Source: a phage. Taken from it: a stretch of 64,000 bases of DNA. Positions 20,423 to 30,649 of the stretch are shown here, in pieces. Position 1 is the stretch's first letter; the number at the start of each line of letters is the position of its first letter. The translations under genes and the position numbers were made by a program. The notes beneath the pieces are model-generated. The model saw nothing but the letters and a program-made list of their open reading frames with translations. It was not told where the DNA came from and did no database searches. The stretch lies in sequence record PZ386972.1; one strand, 5' to 3'.

Positions 20423-23400
20423 TGGCTATAACTAAAATAATCTTACAACAAATGGTCACCATGGACCAAAATAGTATAACTGCAAGTAAATATCCTAAGT
20501 ATACGGTTGTACTTTCTAATTCCATTAGCTCTATTACAGCAGGAGAACTAACTGCCGCTATAGAATCCTCTAAAGCTTCTGCTGCAGCAGCTAAACAATC
20601 TGAGATTAATGCTAAGCAGTCAGAGTTAAATGCCAAAGATTCTGAGAATGAGGCAGAAATTTCTGCAGCATCTTCCCAGCAATCTGCAACTCAGTCTGCT
20701 TCTTCTGCTACTGCTTCTGCTAATAGTGCTAAAGCTGCAAAAACTTCAGAAACCAATGCAAAAGCTAGTGAGACGGCTGCAAAAACTTCAGAAACCAATG
20801 CAAAAGCTAGTGAAACAGCAGCTAAAACTTCTGAGACCAATGCTAATAGTAGCAAAACTGCTGCTGCTGCATATGCTTCCGCAGCAAAAACCTCAGAAAC
20901 TAATGCTGCTGCATCTGCTTCTGCCGCTAAAACTTCTGAAACTAACGCTAATAGTAGTAAAACTGCTGCTGCTAACAGTGCTAATGCTGCTAAAGTATCA
21001 GAAACTAATGCTAAAACTTCGGAAACTAATGCAGCTGCTTCAGCTACTAAAGCTGAAAATGTAGCTTCCGGCATGAGAGATTCTATAGGCCTAGGTAATT
21101 CAGCTCGTGATTGCCCAGATATTTCTGGTAATCCTTCTGCATACATTGGTTTTATGCGTATTCGTGAAGGTGTGCCTGGATGGCCTTCTATTGCTGATGG
21201 GGAGGCGTATTTAACTGGTGTTATTTCTGCTAATGACGGTTCTCCTTCCTACACTGGTATTTTTCAGGGATGGGGTAGTCGCTCATTATACACGTATCGT
21301 TGGGCAAGCAATCTAGGCCCTCAATGGACACGTCACGCTCGTAAAGACGAGGTAAATAGACTTGTACAGATAGCGAATGACCAAACTAGATTATATGCTG
21401 GCAATGGTACTACATACATAGAAGTGGGCAATAATAGGGCTTGGGGAGTATATGACTCTGTACTCAATAAGTGGCAACCGCTGGCTATAGCTCAGGGCGG
21501 TACAGGTGGAATTACAGATATAGAGGCACGTACCAACCTGAGACTGGGGGTAAACGATAGCCCACAATTTGCAAACCTTAATCTTGTAAGATCTTCAGAT
21601 GTAGCAACTACGGCAGGAGGTATTCTACAAAGCATCCTCAGTGATACAACAGGGGTGCAGAGGACACGCTGCCGCTTTTACTCAGAATTACGTGGTGATG
21701 ATAAAGCATGGGGAACTATTCATCTTCAAAAAGGTGACAAAAATCAATATGCTGGATTAAATGAGGACGGAGACTTCTCTCTAAATAGTGGAGATTTTAT
21801 TGGTAGAAGAGTAAAATTAAGTGCCAATTTTAGTTATCCAGTAGAGATAACAAGTGCTCATCCTACTATCAGATTCAACGAAAGTGATCGTCCAGCAAAT
21901 ACACCTTATTACAGCTTTGTTTTTGACGGAGGTAATTGGCGTATCCAAAAAGACGGTTATGACGGTACAAAAAGTAGTAATGCTATTAGCTATAACTATG
22001 CAAGGGATGAAATAGAAATTCCAAATCTCAAGGTTAATGCTATTGCCACCCCCGTAAATCTTACACAGACAAAAACAAATCTGCAAATACCATTTACTGG
22101 TTTAGCTCGTTGGACTGATTATAATGCTCCTGCAGGAGCTGAAGCTAAAAAATATTATCCTGTAATTATAAGCCATCCATTATACTACAATGGTGATTTC
22201 CTTGTTGAAGTTGCTATGAGAACTAAATCTATAACTGGAAGTGAGGAACCTAACTGTAATGCTATTCATTTATGGATTAGAGATGCTGGATGGTCTGACA
22301 TGGGTGCAGCAGTATTTGGTCACTATTTCTGCTATGCTAAAAACGAAAATGCTATCCTATGTGTTCGAGGTACTGATAAGGGTCAGTATCCTCATAATGC
22401 AATTTATGTTCGCGGAGACGCTTTTCCTATTAGGCTTGCTACAACTGTTGGTTGCATTGTAACCATACCTACATCTGACTGGAAGCCTTCAACTGCAGCA
22501 GATAGTCCTACATACAAATGGGGTATCTCAAACTCAGGAGAGGGTATTGATCTTGATACCTACGGCATCAGTAATAATTTGCTTGATTTTACAGCAAGTG
22601 CAACAGGATTTTATTGTACTGATACATACCGCAATAAATATGGTGATTCCTACCAAGTAATATCGGCAAATGGCACCATCCAGCCAGCTAATGGCGTTGC
22701 AACATACTTAAATCAAGATTGGAACACTCAGCATACAGATGGAGTAAATAAGTTTAAACCTATTGCTGGACAAGTAAACTCACCGGAAAATGGAATTGTT
22801 TATGCCGGTTTTCACACCAGTTTTAGTGAAAGTTATGCTACCCAACTTGCAGGACGTAATTCTAGATTCTGGGTAAGAAGTATTGAAGCTGGGGAAAGTA
22901 AAGAATGGTTAAAACTTATTACTGCTACATTAGCTCCTAAAATTCCTACAGATGCACGAGATGGTTTCATCAGTGATAACGCAGGAGACACCTCTTGGGC
23001 TCCTAGCAATGGTGGGGGCTTTCAGGCTAGTTATGCCGAAAACCGCATTATGCAGAGCTGGATTGATAGTGCTGGAAGATTATACAGCAGATTTCTAACA
23101 ACTAATCAGCCTACAACTTCGAAAACGGATGTTCCCTGGAAAAGTGCTGCGATGCTAGAGCTGGATAACCGCTTTACTGGTAATAATACCTTTATTGGGG
23201 ATATTTTATGTAGCGCTTCAAACCCACTTACTCTTAAGTCTGCAAATCCTACGTTATCCTTTGTGGAGTCTGACGTAGATAACTCTACATACATGTTTGT
23301 AGCAGATGGTGGTGGTTTTAGGCTTAATATGGACAATACTGGAGGTGCGGAAATATTTAACTACAGCCGTTCCCAGAATAATCTTAAACTTGGTGTAAGT

Positions 23401-24069
23401 TCTTATTTTACTCTAAATACTAGATTTGATCAGGGATGGACATCTAGAGGTTCTGTAGATGTAACTACTACGGGGTATAGTACCGTTACTATTACTACAA
23501 CATCCTCAACTAATGGTGTTGGTGCACGTAACCAATTTGAGGTTAACCCGAGTACTAATCAGTTCTACTTAGCTAGACGTAATAGGAGCGACCTTACAGG
23601 GCAATGGATCATAAATTTCCCTTCAGCTGGCGGTACTCTAGCACTTAGTGGTACATCAGATATTAACTATAAGACTAATATAGAAGAATACGATGGTATT
23701 CATTCCATAGAAAATATTAAGGCTATGGATCTTGTTACTTTTGTATTTAAGGACGATGAGAAAAAACGTACTCGCAGAGGGGTTATTGCTCAGCAAATCG
23801 AGCAAATAGATCCTACATACGTTAAACATACATATGAACCATGCGGGGAACCTATTGTTGATGATGATGGGATCATTCAAGGGTATACTGATACAAAAGA
23901 AAGGGTTGTTTTAGATAATAACGTACTTTTACTAGATGCACTGTGTGCCATAAAAGTACTAGCACAACGTGATGAGGAGAAAACTGAACGTATTAATAAA
24001 CTTGAGAAAGATGTAGAAGATTTGAAAACTGTAGTAGAGCATTTATTGACTACTATGAAAAATAGTTAA
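20422..24069 (+). CDS. L-shaped tail fibre with C-terminal intramolecular chaperone (S74-like autoprocessing) domain
   Basis: 1215-aa ORF; N-terminal tandem AKTSETNAKASET repeats; C-terminal GTSDINYK...IAQQIEQIDPTYV...coiled coil typical of auto-cleaved chaperone domains. Confidence 0.8.
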   Translation: MAITKIILQQMVTMDQNSITASKYPKYTVVLSNSISSITAGELTAAIESSKASAAAAKQSEINAKQSELNAKDSENEAEISAASSQQSATQSASSATASANSAKAAKTSETNAKASETAAKTSETNAKASETAAKTSETNANSSKTAAAAYASAAKTSETNAAASASAAKTSETNANSSKTAAANSANAAKVSETNAKTSETNAAASATKAENVASGMRDSIGLGNSARDCPDISGNPSAYIGFMRIREGVPGWPSIADGEAYLTGVISANDGSPSYTGIFQGWGSRSLYTYRWASNLGPQWTRHARKDEVNRLVQIANDQTRLYAGNGTTYIEVGNNRAWGVYDSVLNKWQPLAIAQGGTGGITDIEARTNLRLGVNDSPQFANLNLVRSSDVATTAGGILQSILSDTTGVQRTRCRFYSELRGDDKAWGTIHLQKGDKNQYAGLNEDGDFSLNSGDFIGRRVKLSANFSYPVEITSAHPTIRFNESDRPANTPYYSFVFDGGNWRIQKDGYDGTKSSNAISYNYARDEIEIPNLKVNAIATPVNLTQTKTNLQIPFTGLARWTDYNAPAGAEAKKYYPVIISHPLYYNGDFLVEVAMRTKSITGSEEPNCNAIHLWIRDAGWSDMGAAVFGHYFCYAKNENAILCVRGTDKGQYPHNAIYVRGDAFPIRLATTVGCIVTIPTSDWKPSTAADSPTYKWGISNSGEGIDLDTYGISNNLLDFTASATGFYCTDTYRNKYGDSYQVISANGTIQPANGVATYLNQDWNTQHTDGVNKFKPIAGQVNSPENGIVYAGFHTSFSESYATQLAGRNSRFWVRSIEAGESKEWLKLITATLAPKIPTDARDGFISDNAGDTSWAPSNGGGFQASYAENRIMQSWIDSAGRLYSRFLTTNQPTTSKTDVPWKSAAMLELDNRFTGNNTFIGDILCSASNPLTLKSANPTLSFVESDVDNSTYMFVADGGGFRLNMDNTGGAEIFNYSRSQNNLKLGVSSYFTLNTRFDQGWTSRGSVDVTTTGYSTVTITTTSSTNGVGARNQFEVNPSTNQFYLARRNRSDLTGQWIINFPSAGGTLALSGTSDINYKTNIEEYDGIHSIENIKAMDLVTFVFKDDEKKRTRRGVIAQQIEQIDPTYVKHTYEPCGEPIVDDDGIIQGYTDTKERVVLDNNVLLLDALCAIKVLAQRDEEKTERINKLEKDVEDLKTVVEHLLTTMKNS
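20734..21040 (+). repeat. tandem 42-bp (14-aa) repeats within fibre N-terminus
   Basis: two near-identical units at about 20734-20775 and 20776-20817 followed by degenerate copies; produces spurious low-complexity ORFs on other frames. Confidence 0.7.
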
Positions 24070-24075
24070 AATATA

Positions 24076-24113
24076 AAAAGAAACCCCAGCGGACAAAATC
24101 CGCTGGGGTTTTT
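24076..24113. terminator. bidirectional rho-independent terminator between convergent fibre gene and early operon
   Basis: CCCCAGCGGA-caaaa-TCCGCTGGGG hairpin flanked by A-run and T-run. Confidence 0.8.
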
Positions 24114-24116
24114 CTA

Positions 24117-24380
24117 CTATTCGCTTTTACAACCTTCTATAATACCAAGATTATAAATAGTTAATAGTATTTTTAACTGCTCATTATCCGTATTAGTACA
24201 AAGCTCTACAAAACCTTCAGGATCCCAGAAAATAACATTACCTTCTTTATCTGTTTTTAGTACAACCGTTTCTGGTTCAGTAGTTTTAATCTGATAAGTT
24301 GACGTATTAGTATTAATACCTACCATATTAGGATCGGTAAAATTATTTGCTTCCTGAACTTCCAAATCCGCCTTCCCCAC
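24117..24380 (-). CDS. hypothetical small protein, last gene of leftward early operon
   Basis: 87-aa ORF with GTG start preceded by GGGGAGA; overlaps dUTPase 3' end by about 38 nt; start uncertain. Confidence 0.35.
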   Translation of the reverse strand: MGKADLEVQEANNFTDPNMVGINTNTSTYQIKTTEPETVVLKTDKEGNVIFWDPEGFVELCTNTDNEQLKILLTIYNLGIIEGCKSE

Positions 24381-24789
24381 GATTAGTCTCCCCTAGTTCG
24401 TCAACGATTTCAAAATTATGAGTTGAGTAGTGTGGTACTACTACTAGCTGACAAAGTCTTTCAAAATTTTCCAGAGTTTGAATTTCAGAACCATAGTTAT
24501 AAAGGTTCATCTTAATAGTTCCACGATAGTCTGAGTCGATCACTCCTGCGGTATTTGCAATCATCAGATGGCGTTTACCTAAAGAGCTGCGAGGAACTAC
24601 CAAACCGAACCAACCTCGCGGAATTTCTACCGCGACACCGGTGTCAATCATAAGAGATTTGCCTGGTGCAATAGCACGTAAATCTGCAGCAGGGTTAGTA
24701 CCAAAGAACGCTCGCAGATCCATACCTGCGGCATCTTCGGAGCCAATCTTAGGCATACAATCTGGATGGGTTAATTTAATTTTAATCAT
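24343..24789 (-). CDS. dut: dUTP pyrophosphatase
   Basis: 148-aa ORF; C-terminal RGEGGFGSSG matches dUTPase motif 5. Confidence 0.85.
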   Translation of the reverse strand: MIKIKLTHPDCMPKIGSEDAAGMDLRAFFGTNPAADLRAIAPGKSLMIDTGVAVEIPRGWFGLVVPRSSLGKRHLMIANTAGVIDSDYRGTIKMNLYNYGSEIQTLENFERLCQLVVVPHYSTHNFEIVDELGETNRGEGGFGSSGSK

Positions 24790-25661
24790 TGTCCTGCAAT
24801 CTCCAAAATATCTTTTGTAAACTTATCTAATACGTCTTGACCCACTGCAGCAATAGCATCCACACAGTAGGTAGGTAAATCAACCAGAATTAGGTTTCGG
24901 TAAAGCAACTCTTCCGAAGCATTTAAATTCTGTATATATTTTTGTTTTCCAGGCAGTGGAAGCTGATCAATAATATCCAGAACGTTACCGAATTCACGAA
25001 TAATGTTATATCCGCGCTTTGCCCCAATACCTTCAACACCCCGGATATTATCCCCTAAATCCCCCATAATTGCTTTCAGAGAGATAAACTGCTCTACATC
25101 GTCAACATTATGATGCTCATACATATCACGAAGATGATATTCACGACGTGTTGTGAAAGAGAAGCGAGATACTTTATCAGTTAATAAAGTATCCCAGTCA
25201 CCGTCAGTAGAAATCAGCCAAACGTGATCATATAGATGCCCGATCAGCTTAACAATATAAGCTGCCATATCATCTGCTTCTACACCACGAATAGTGAAAG
25301 TTGGGAATGTAGTTTCACATAATTCGAAAGCATCTTTCAAATACTCAAAGAACTGCTCATCTAATGCTTTCTCCTCTTCCGTACGCTGCGAGTATTTCTC
25401 ATCTCGGTTCCCTTTATACTCTGGTAGATGTTCTAGACGAAATACAGACTTCCCCTTATCACCTAGAACAATCGTAGTTCTAGCAGAATAAGATTTTGCA
25501 AGAGATTGAATAGTGGAAACATAACTTGAGGCAAATGGTTTTTTACTATTATTATGTTTGAAGCGAAAGCCTAAGTTAGTTCCATCGACAATCATTAGGT
25601 TACGACGGGAAGCCATTTCAGCTTCCTCTTCTTCAATAAATTTTCCCCAGGATTTACTCAT
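24786..25661 (-). CDS. D15: 5'-3' flap endonuclease / exonuclease (T5 D15-type)
   Basis: 291 aa; N-terminus MSKSWGKFIEEEEAEMASRRNLMIVDGTNLGFRF recognised as T5 exonuclease; FEN acidic motifs. Confidence 0.9.
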   Translation of the reverse strand: MSKSWGKFIEEEEAEMASRRNLMIVDGTNLGFRFKHNNSKKPFASSYVSTIQSLAKSYSARTTIVLGDKGKSVFRLEHLPEYKGNRDEKYSQRTEEEKALDEQFFEYLKDAFELCETTFPTFTIRGVEADDMAAYIVKLIGHLYDHVWLISTDGDWDTLLTDKVSRFSFTTRREYHLRDMYEHHNVDDVEQFISLKAIMGDLGDNIRGVEGIGAKRGYNIIREFGNVLDIIDQLPLPGKQKYIQNLNASEELLYRNLILVDLPTYCVDAIAAVGQDVLDKFTKDILEIAGQ

Positions 25662-26143
25662 TATTTAATTAAGTCCTCAACAGATGCATGATGTAGCCAC
25701 GGCTCAAATAAACCAATTACGATTTCCATGTCTTTCTTATTTAACACCATATGGGTACGACTTATTAAGTTGTCAACCATCGGGTCTGAGCTATCCAAAG
25801 CTATTAACCACTGTCCTCTGTCTTTCTTGAATATTAATGCAGGTTTGGAGTTCATCTGCTCACCTTCACGTGAGCACTGCTGCCACCACTTCTCTAGAGT
25901 GGACTCACCAACATTAAATAAATTACTTGATAATGCGTCATCTTTATACCACTTAACTTCGAAGCAGTATTTACTAATGTGTCCGCTTTGTGGTGGAAGG
26001 TAGATGTCACCCTTCAGTCCGTGGCTCTGGCCAAAAGCACCAGAGCCAGGAACACGTTCCCACTCAAGACCTGTACGCTCACGTAGAATATCTCTTACCT
26101 GATATTCACCACGTTTACCTTTCTCTCTACTATCTACAGCCAT
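25661..26143 (-). CDS. putative PD-(D/E)XK-type nuclease
   Basis: 160 aa; GEYQV ... GDIY ... FEVKW spacing resembles E / D / ExK nuclease core; inference only. Confidence 0.4.
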   Translation of the reverse strand: MAVDSREKGKRGEYQVRDILRERTGLEWERVPGSGAFGQSHGLKGDIYLPPQSGHISKYCFEVKWYKDDALSSNLFNVGESTLEKWWQQCSREGEQMNSKPALIFKKDRGQWLIALDSSDPMVDNLISRTHMVLNKKDMEIVIGLFEPWLHHASVEDLIK

Positions 26144-26146
26144 ATT

Positions 26147-27985
26147 TTATTCTAAGTAGGAAAATCCTTCTGCATCTTTTTTGACAGTAATCTTATGAGC
26201 TAATGGATGCGTATGCCCATGAGAAACAATGATAGAATTTAGACTTTCTTCCTCATTTAATAGTTCAACGAGAGTATCAAGTCCTTTCGTATCAATAAAG
26301 CTAATTACTTCATCAAGGAATAGAAGATTAATATTAACTTTACTAATAGATGTTAACAGCATACGAATAGCTAACAGGGTTGCTAGATTAATTCGACTTT
26401 GCTGACCAGTAGAGCAGTTCTCCATACTGGTACGGTTTCCATCATTGAAGATTACTACTTGTAACTTCGTTTCATCAAGTTCAAATCCAAGTGCGAATTT
26501 ACCGCCAGTCATAATGGAAAGGTATTTATTAATTAGTTCTTCAAATACTTTCACACTATGCTCTAGTTTATACCCCACCAGATTTTTCAAAGCAGCAATC
26601 AGAATATCGAGATCAGCAACAGCTTCTGATACTTCATTTAATTTGGAAGTAATCTCGGACATTTCTGCTTCAGCTTTCTCAATCTGTTCTAGTTTCGCTT
26701 TATATTTTGCATTGGCTAATTCGACATTTGCATTATGCTCTTTGGCAGTTGCAACCTTAGAGCGACCATCAGCGATTTCCTGTTCTAATTGTCGGATTTG
26801 CACCTGTAGGATTTGCACATTGAGTTCTTCAAAAGAAGCATCACTCATTGAATTTTTGAACTCGTCTCTAGCTACCACTGCCTTATCCAAAGCATCCTTT
26901 GCTCTAGTATACGCAATGTACTCAAGTTGTTCTTTCTTCAACTGTTCTAGCTTAGCTTCAAGAGATTGCTTCTCTTTGAACAGAGGATCATATTCTGTTC
27001 TAGCCATATCCATTGCTTTTTGAGCAGCAGTTGTATCTAGATGAGTACCACAAGTAGGACATTCAGTATTTGAAGCCTCTTGCTTGAACTTCTGATAACG
27101 TTTCTTAACTTCGCCAGCACGTGAGGTCACAATAGTTAGGTCACGCGTAACACTTGAGATCTCTTCGTTTTGGTCAGTGGGCGCAGGCAGATTTTTGAAA
27201 GGCTCAAAAGATTGTTCGGCAACTTGTACAGCTTTGTCCAAATTACGCAACTTAGTAATATTAGCCTCTTGAGACTTGGCTAATGCCGCCTTAATTTTCG
27301 ATTCAGTAAGTTCTTGTGCTAATGGCTCTTCATCAAACTCCGGTACTTCTACAGGTTCCTGCAAAGTTCCTAGATTATTTTTTCCATTAAGGATTTTCGT
27401 AATTACAGCCATTTGGCCCTGCAAATTATTTAAGGTATTTGCTATTTCTTTACGGTCCGCCTTAATAGTTTCCGACATTTCTTTGTATTGCTCTTGATTG
27501 AACAAGTTAACAAGAAAAGCCTTACGTGTTGCATCTGTTGCTTTTAGAAAGTCTAGATTGGAACCCACTGATTGATAAATTAGTTTGGTGAATGTTTGAA
27601 AATCACCGCCCATAATCTCTTCAATCATCTTGTATGTTTGGGTTGCCGTATGTCCACTAATATCTTCTCCATTCTTAATTAGTGTAACCTTAGCAGTTGA
27701 TTTAACTACTTTATGCAATTCATACTCATCATCATCCTTTGAAAAGTAAGCGTGCATATCGTATTCTTTCTTAGGGGTATTCCAAGAGAACAATGCATCC
27801 TTCTTGATACCTCGAGAGTTCTTATTATAAAACAATTCCTCGATAACCGTAGCGATGGTGGATTTCCCTAGCCCGTTGCCACCAATTAGTTGAGTAACTG
27901 GATTCTTATCGAAATGAATTACGATGTCCTTACCATAAGACATAACGTTACTAAATTTTAGTGTCTTAATTGTAATCTTTGACAT
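26147..27985 (-). CDS. SbcC/Rad50-like recombination ATPase
   Basis: Walker A GGNGLGKST, long coiled-coil middle, C-terminal LLFLDEV Walker B; start placed at MSKITIKTLKFSNV, the six-frame ORF extends to 28066. Confidence 0.8.
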   Translation of the reverse strand: MSKITIKTLKFSNVMSYGKDIVIHFDKNPVTQLIGGNGLGKSTIATVIEELFYNKNSRGIKKDALFSWNTPKKEYDMHAYFSKDDDEYELHKVVKSTAKVTLIKNGEDISGHTATQTYKMIEEIMGGDFQTFTKLIYQSVGSNLDFLKATDATRKAFLVNLFNQEQYKEMSETIKADRKEIANTLNNLQGQMAVITKILNGKNNLGTLQEPVEVPEFDEEPLAQELTESKIKAALAKSQEANITKLRNLDKAVQVAEQSFEPFKNLPAPTDQNEEISSVTRDLTIVTSRAGEVKKRYQKFKQEASNTECPTCGTHLDTTAAQKAMDMARTEYDPLFKEKQSLEAKLEQLKKEQLEYIAYTRAKDALDKAVVARDEFKNSMSDASFEELNVQILQVQIRQLEQEIADGRSKVATAKEHNANVELANAKYKAKLEQIEKAEAEMSEITSKLNEVSEAVADLDILIAALKNLVGYKLEHSVKVFEELINKYLSIMTGGKFALGFELDETKLQVVIFNDGNRTSMENCSTGQQSRINLATLLAIRMLLTSISKVNINLLFLDEVISFIDTKGLDTLVELLNEEESLNSIIVSHGHTHPLAHKITVKKDAEGFSYLE

Positions 27986-28943
27986 ATTTCGCAGCTCTAG
28001 CCAAGATTCTATCAATGTCGCCTTGAGATAGCTTCTCGACTTCACGGAAGTAAAGTTCAAGTTCACCTAACATATCAAGATCAACAAGATTTAACTTAGC
28101 GTCTTTAGTAACTCGATGGTTAATCTTCTTATCTAATAAATCAGAGTCTTTGATAGACTTTAATTGAACAACGTCACCAGTAACTTCGTAGACTACACGA
28201 TCATAATCACTAGGTTCCATCTCTTCACCAGCTCCGATTGTTTTACGAATCAGTTGTGGTAAATCACCTAGTTCAATCCATTCTACTTTTAATGTGTCGG
28301 TATCAACGATAAAGCAACCATTTGTACCTTTTGTGCGTTCTCTATGGAACGATGTAGTTAATGGAGACCCTGGGTAGAGGAGTCTAGTAGACCCGATAGT
28401 CTGGCTATTAGTATAAGAATGTAAATCACCAGCAATTACAGTATCATAACAGTTGTACTTAGTTAGATCAATTTCTGGTTTTACATGTGGAGGGATTTCA
28501 CCGCGAACATGCGTGAAACATAGTTTTGATTCAGATGGTTTCCACTTAGATTTATGGATTTCGTCATATGGAACAATATCAAATTCAGGGGAACGATATG
28601 GTTTGGTAATTACTTCCCACTTACCACTCGTTACTTTATTAATAACTCCTGCATAATGATATAGACATGAAATCGTTTTAGTTAACATTTCATGATTTCC
28701 AGTAAAGATTTTACCTGGGTGGTCAAGTCTTGACATGAACTGTTCAAGCAGTTCTATTTCTTCTGACGACGGGTCGGAATGGTCAAATAAATCACCACCA
28801 ATAATATGAAGATCACAGTTATGATTATGGAATACATCATTTAAACGGCCTCCCAACATTAAGAATCTCTTCTTTTGCCATTCTTTGGGAATTTTGTCCT
28901 GCCCAAGTTTTATATGATGATCTGCGCTAAAGAGTATTTTCAT
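27966..28943 (-). CDS. SbcD/Mre11-like nuclease
   Basis: 325 aa; N-terminal ILFSADHH and GDLFD metallophosphatase motifs; directly upstream of SbcC-like gene. Confidence 0.8.
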   Translation of the reverse strand: MKILFSADHHIKLGQDKIPKEWQKKRFLMLGGRLNDVFHNHNCDLHIIGGDLFDHSDPSSEEIELLEQFMSRLDHPGKIFTGNHEMLTKTISCLYHYAGVINKVTSGKWEVITKPYRSPEFDIVPYDEIHKSKWKPSESKLCFTHVRGEIPPHVKPEIDLTKYNCYDTVIAGDLHSYTNSQTIGSTRLLYPGSPLTTSFHRERTKGTNGCFIVDTDTLKVEWIELGDLPQLIRKTIGAGEEMEPSDYDRVVYEVTGDVVQLKSIKDSDLLDKKINHRVTKDAKLNLVDLDMLGELELYFREVEKLSQGDIDRILARAAKYVKDYN

Positions 28944-29455
28944 CTTTGTGCATACTTTCGCTTTATCTCTTGAATATCTATTCCTTGTTTCAGTTCATTC
29001 AAAACTTGGTCTAAGATGCCCTCGAGATCTTTTCGTTCTTTACTAGCCATTATATGGTAGTGTTTTTTATTATAGTACAAACGTAGAGTATATGTACTTG
29101 ATTTGGCATTGTAGCTTATATTCCCAGAATAATTTTCTATATTCTGCATGTTAGATCGGTGATCACCATTTTTGAGATTGTCCCACCTATTATCGTGTCG
29201 TATGCGATTATCATGGTCAATTTCTTCTGGCATCTCCCCGGTTTGCATTAACCAAATAAGTCTGTGCAACCTATATTTAGTTCCAAATACCCTAGCGTCT
29301 AAATATCCAGACTGCTTAGAGGGAGTTCCCACAGGTTTTCCTACACAATCTTTAGGAAGCCCATTTGACCATACTTTATAGGTTACAATACCTGTATCTG
29401 GGTCATATGAGAATCTACGATGACATTCATCGTACAACTTAACTAAATCATCCAT
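28940..29455 (-). CDS. HNH-type homing endonuclease (HNH_3-like)
   Basis: 171 aa; YDPDTG ... IDHDNRIRHDNRWDNL HNH core; starts immediately after a terminator with no RBS. Confidence 0.7.
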   Translation of the reverse strand: MDDLVKLYDECHRRFSYDPDTGIVTYKVWSNGLPKDCVGKPVGTPSKQSGYLDARVFGTKYRLHRLIWLMQTGEMPEEIDHDNRIRHDNRWDNLKNGDHRSNMQNIENYSGNISYNAKSSTYTLRLYYNKKHYHIMASKERKDLEGILDQVLNELKQGIDIQEIKRKYAQR

Positions 29456-29456
29456 A

Positions 29457-29483
29457 AGTTAAAAAGAAAGGGGCCGAAGCCCC
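29457..29483 (-). terminator. rho-independent terminator
   Basis: AGGGGC-cgaa-GCCCCT hairpin with T-rich tract on minus strand. Confidence 0.7.
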
Positions 29484-29491
29484 TCTATTTA

Positions 29492-30265
29492 TTAGTCGTC
29501 CAGATCGCTTGCAGCTTCTGTGTCAATACCTTTCTGGGAGCCTGCATTGCTATTACCAGATTTGGCATCGTCATCTTTATTCTCACGACCCTCCATGAAG
29601 GCTAGAATTGCTTCTTTCTGCTCTTCATAGGTAGGAACCGGATAGGTTTGTTCCAGAGAAGGAACTTTCTCGAACTTAATGATGTCACCATCTTCGTCAC
29701 ACATAGCTTCACCGATCAGGTCTACATCTGCAGCATATTGCTTAGATTCTGCACTGTTAGGATCTTGCAGCTTAATTTGGAACTGCATAGCAGCAATTTG
29801 CTGTACATCATACTCAGTATCGAAACCTTTGCCTTTTTTCTCAATAGAAATATCAATATCAAACGGAGTTGCCAGATTCAACTGCTTCATGATAGACTGG
29901 ATGCCTTTCAGAATAGTAGCTTTGACTTCCATTACTTTCAGTTTGTTATCAGAACGGTCGATAACAAAAGCGATATAGTTTTTCTTCGGTTTCAGCGGAA
30001 CGCGATTACCATCTTTATCCAGCTCTTTCTCAAAGAAGCCCATCTCATGAACCGGATCAGCTTTACCACGAACAAAGCTCTCTTTGTCGCGGTTAAAACG
30101 GAGACATTCGAAAGGAGCTACGCTACCTTCTTTATTAGTCAGCCAATAGACATAACGTGGAAGAACACCAGAAACGATACGAACACGAGTGATACCGTTG
30201 TTGAACTTCAGGAATTCGATTTTATCGTTAGAACCGCCAGTAGTTTCGCCCCAAGACTTAGCCAT
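29492..30265 (-). CDS. hypothetical DNA-metabolism protein with acidic C-terminal tail (possible ssDNA-binding protein)
   Basis: 257 aa; C-terminus GIDTEAASDLDD; RBS AAAGAGGAAA before ATG. Confidence 0.4.
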   Translation of the reverse strand: MAKSWGETTGGSNDKIEFLKFNNGITRVRIVSGVLPRYVYWLTNKEGSVAPFECLRFNRDKESFVRGKADPVHEMGFFEKELDKDGNRVPLKPKKNYIAFVIDRSDNKLKVMEVKATILKGIQSIMKQLNLATPFDIDISIEKKGKGFDTEYDVQQIAAMQFQIKLQDPNSAESKQYAADVDLIGEAMCDEDGDIIKFEKVPSLEQTYPVPTYEEQKEAILAFMEGRENKDDDAKSGNSNAGSQKGIDTEAASDLDD

Positions 30266-30542
30266 ATTTTATTTCCTCTTTAAAGATTAATTTCGATTTG
30301 TTAATTGCGATTAGTGGGTTAGTGTCGATTACTAAACGTGGTATCCATACTGGAACATATTGTATGTCCAAGCTAGGATCGTTTGTAAACTTGTATTCGG
30401 CATAATTTCGTAGACTTAAAATTCCTAGATATTCTGCCAGTTGTCTATTAGACAATTTATTTGGATTATCAACTATTGTTGATTCATTCAAAATGAATGA
30501 GGGACCGACCAATAATTGGTGAGCATCAGGCTCTGTAAGCAT
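30258..30542 (-). CDS. hypothetical protein
   Basis: 94-aa ORF downstream of tandem early promoters. Confidence 0.35.
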   Translation of the reverse strand: MLTEPDAHQLLVGPSFILNESTIVDNPNKLSNRQLAEYLGILSLRNYAEYKFTNDPSLDIQYVPVWIPRLVIDTNPLIAINKSKLIFKEEIKYG

Positions 30543-30649
30543 TCTTTTGAATAGCTTAATAATTAGGTCGGAATTTCCTTTAGCTAGTAAGTATAGCTTT
30601 TCATAATCGAAGAATTTAATTTTTGTTTTCTCCTCGAATTTATGTATAT

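Noticed and set aside
20630-21146. Overlapping ORFs on both strands within fibre gene
   Set aside because: Artefacts of the tandem Ala/Ser/Thr-coding repeats, which stay open in several frames.
29648-30283. 211-aa ORF on + strand
   Set aside because: Antisense to a well-supported minus-strand gene; low-complexity Leu/Phe/Ile-rich translation typical of AT-rich antisense frames; no RBS.
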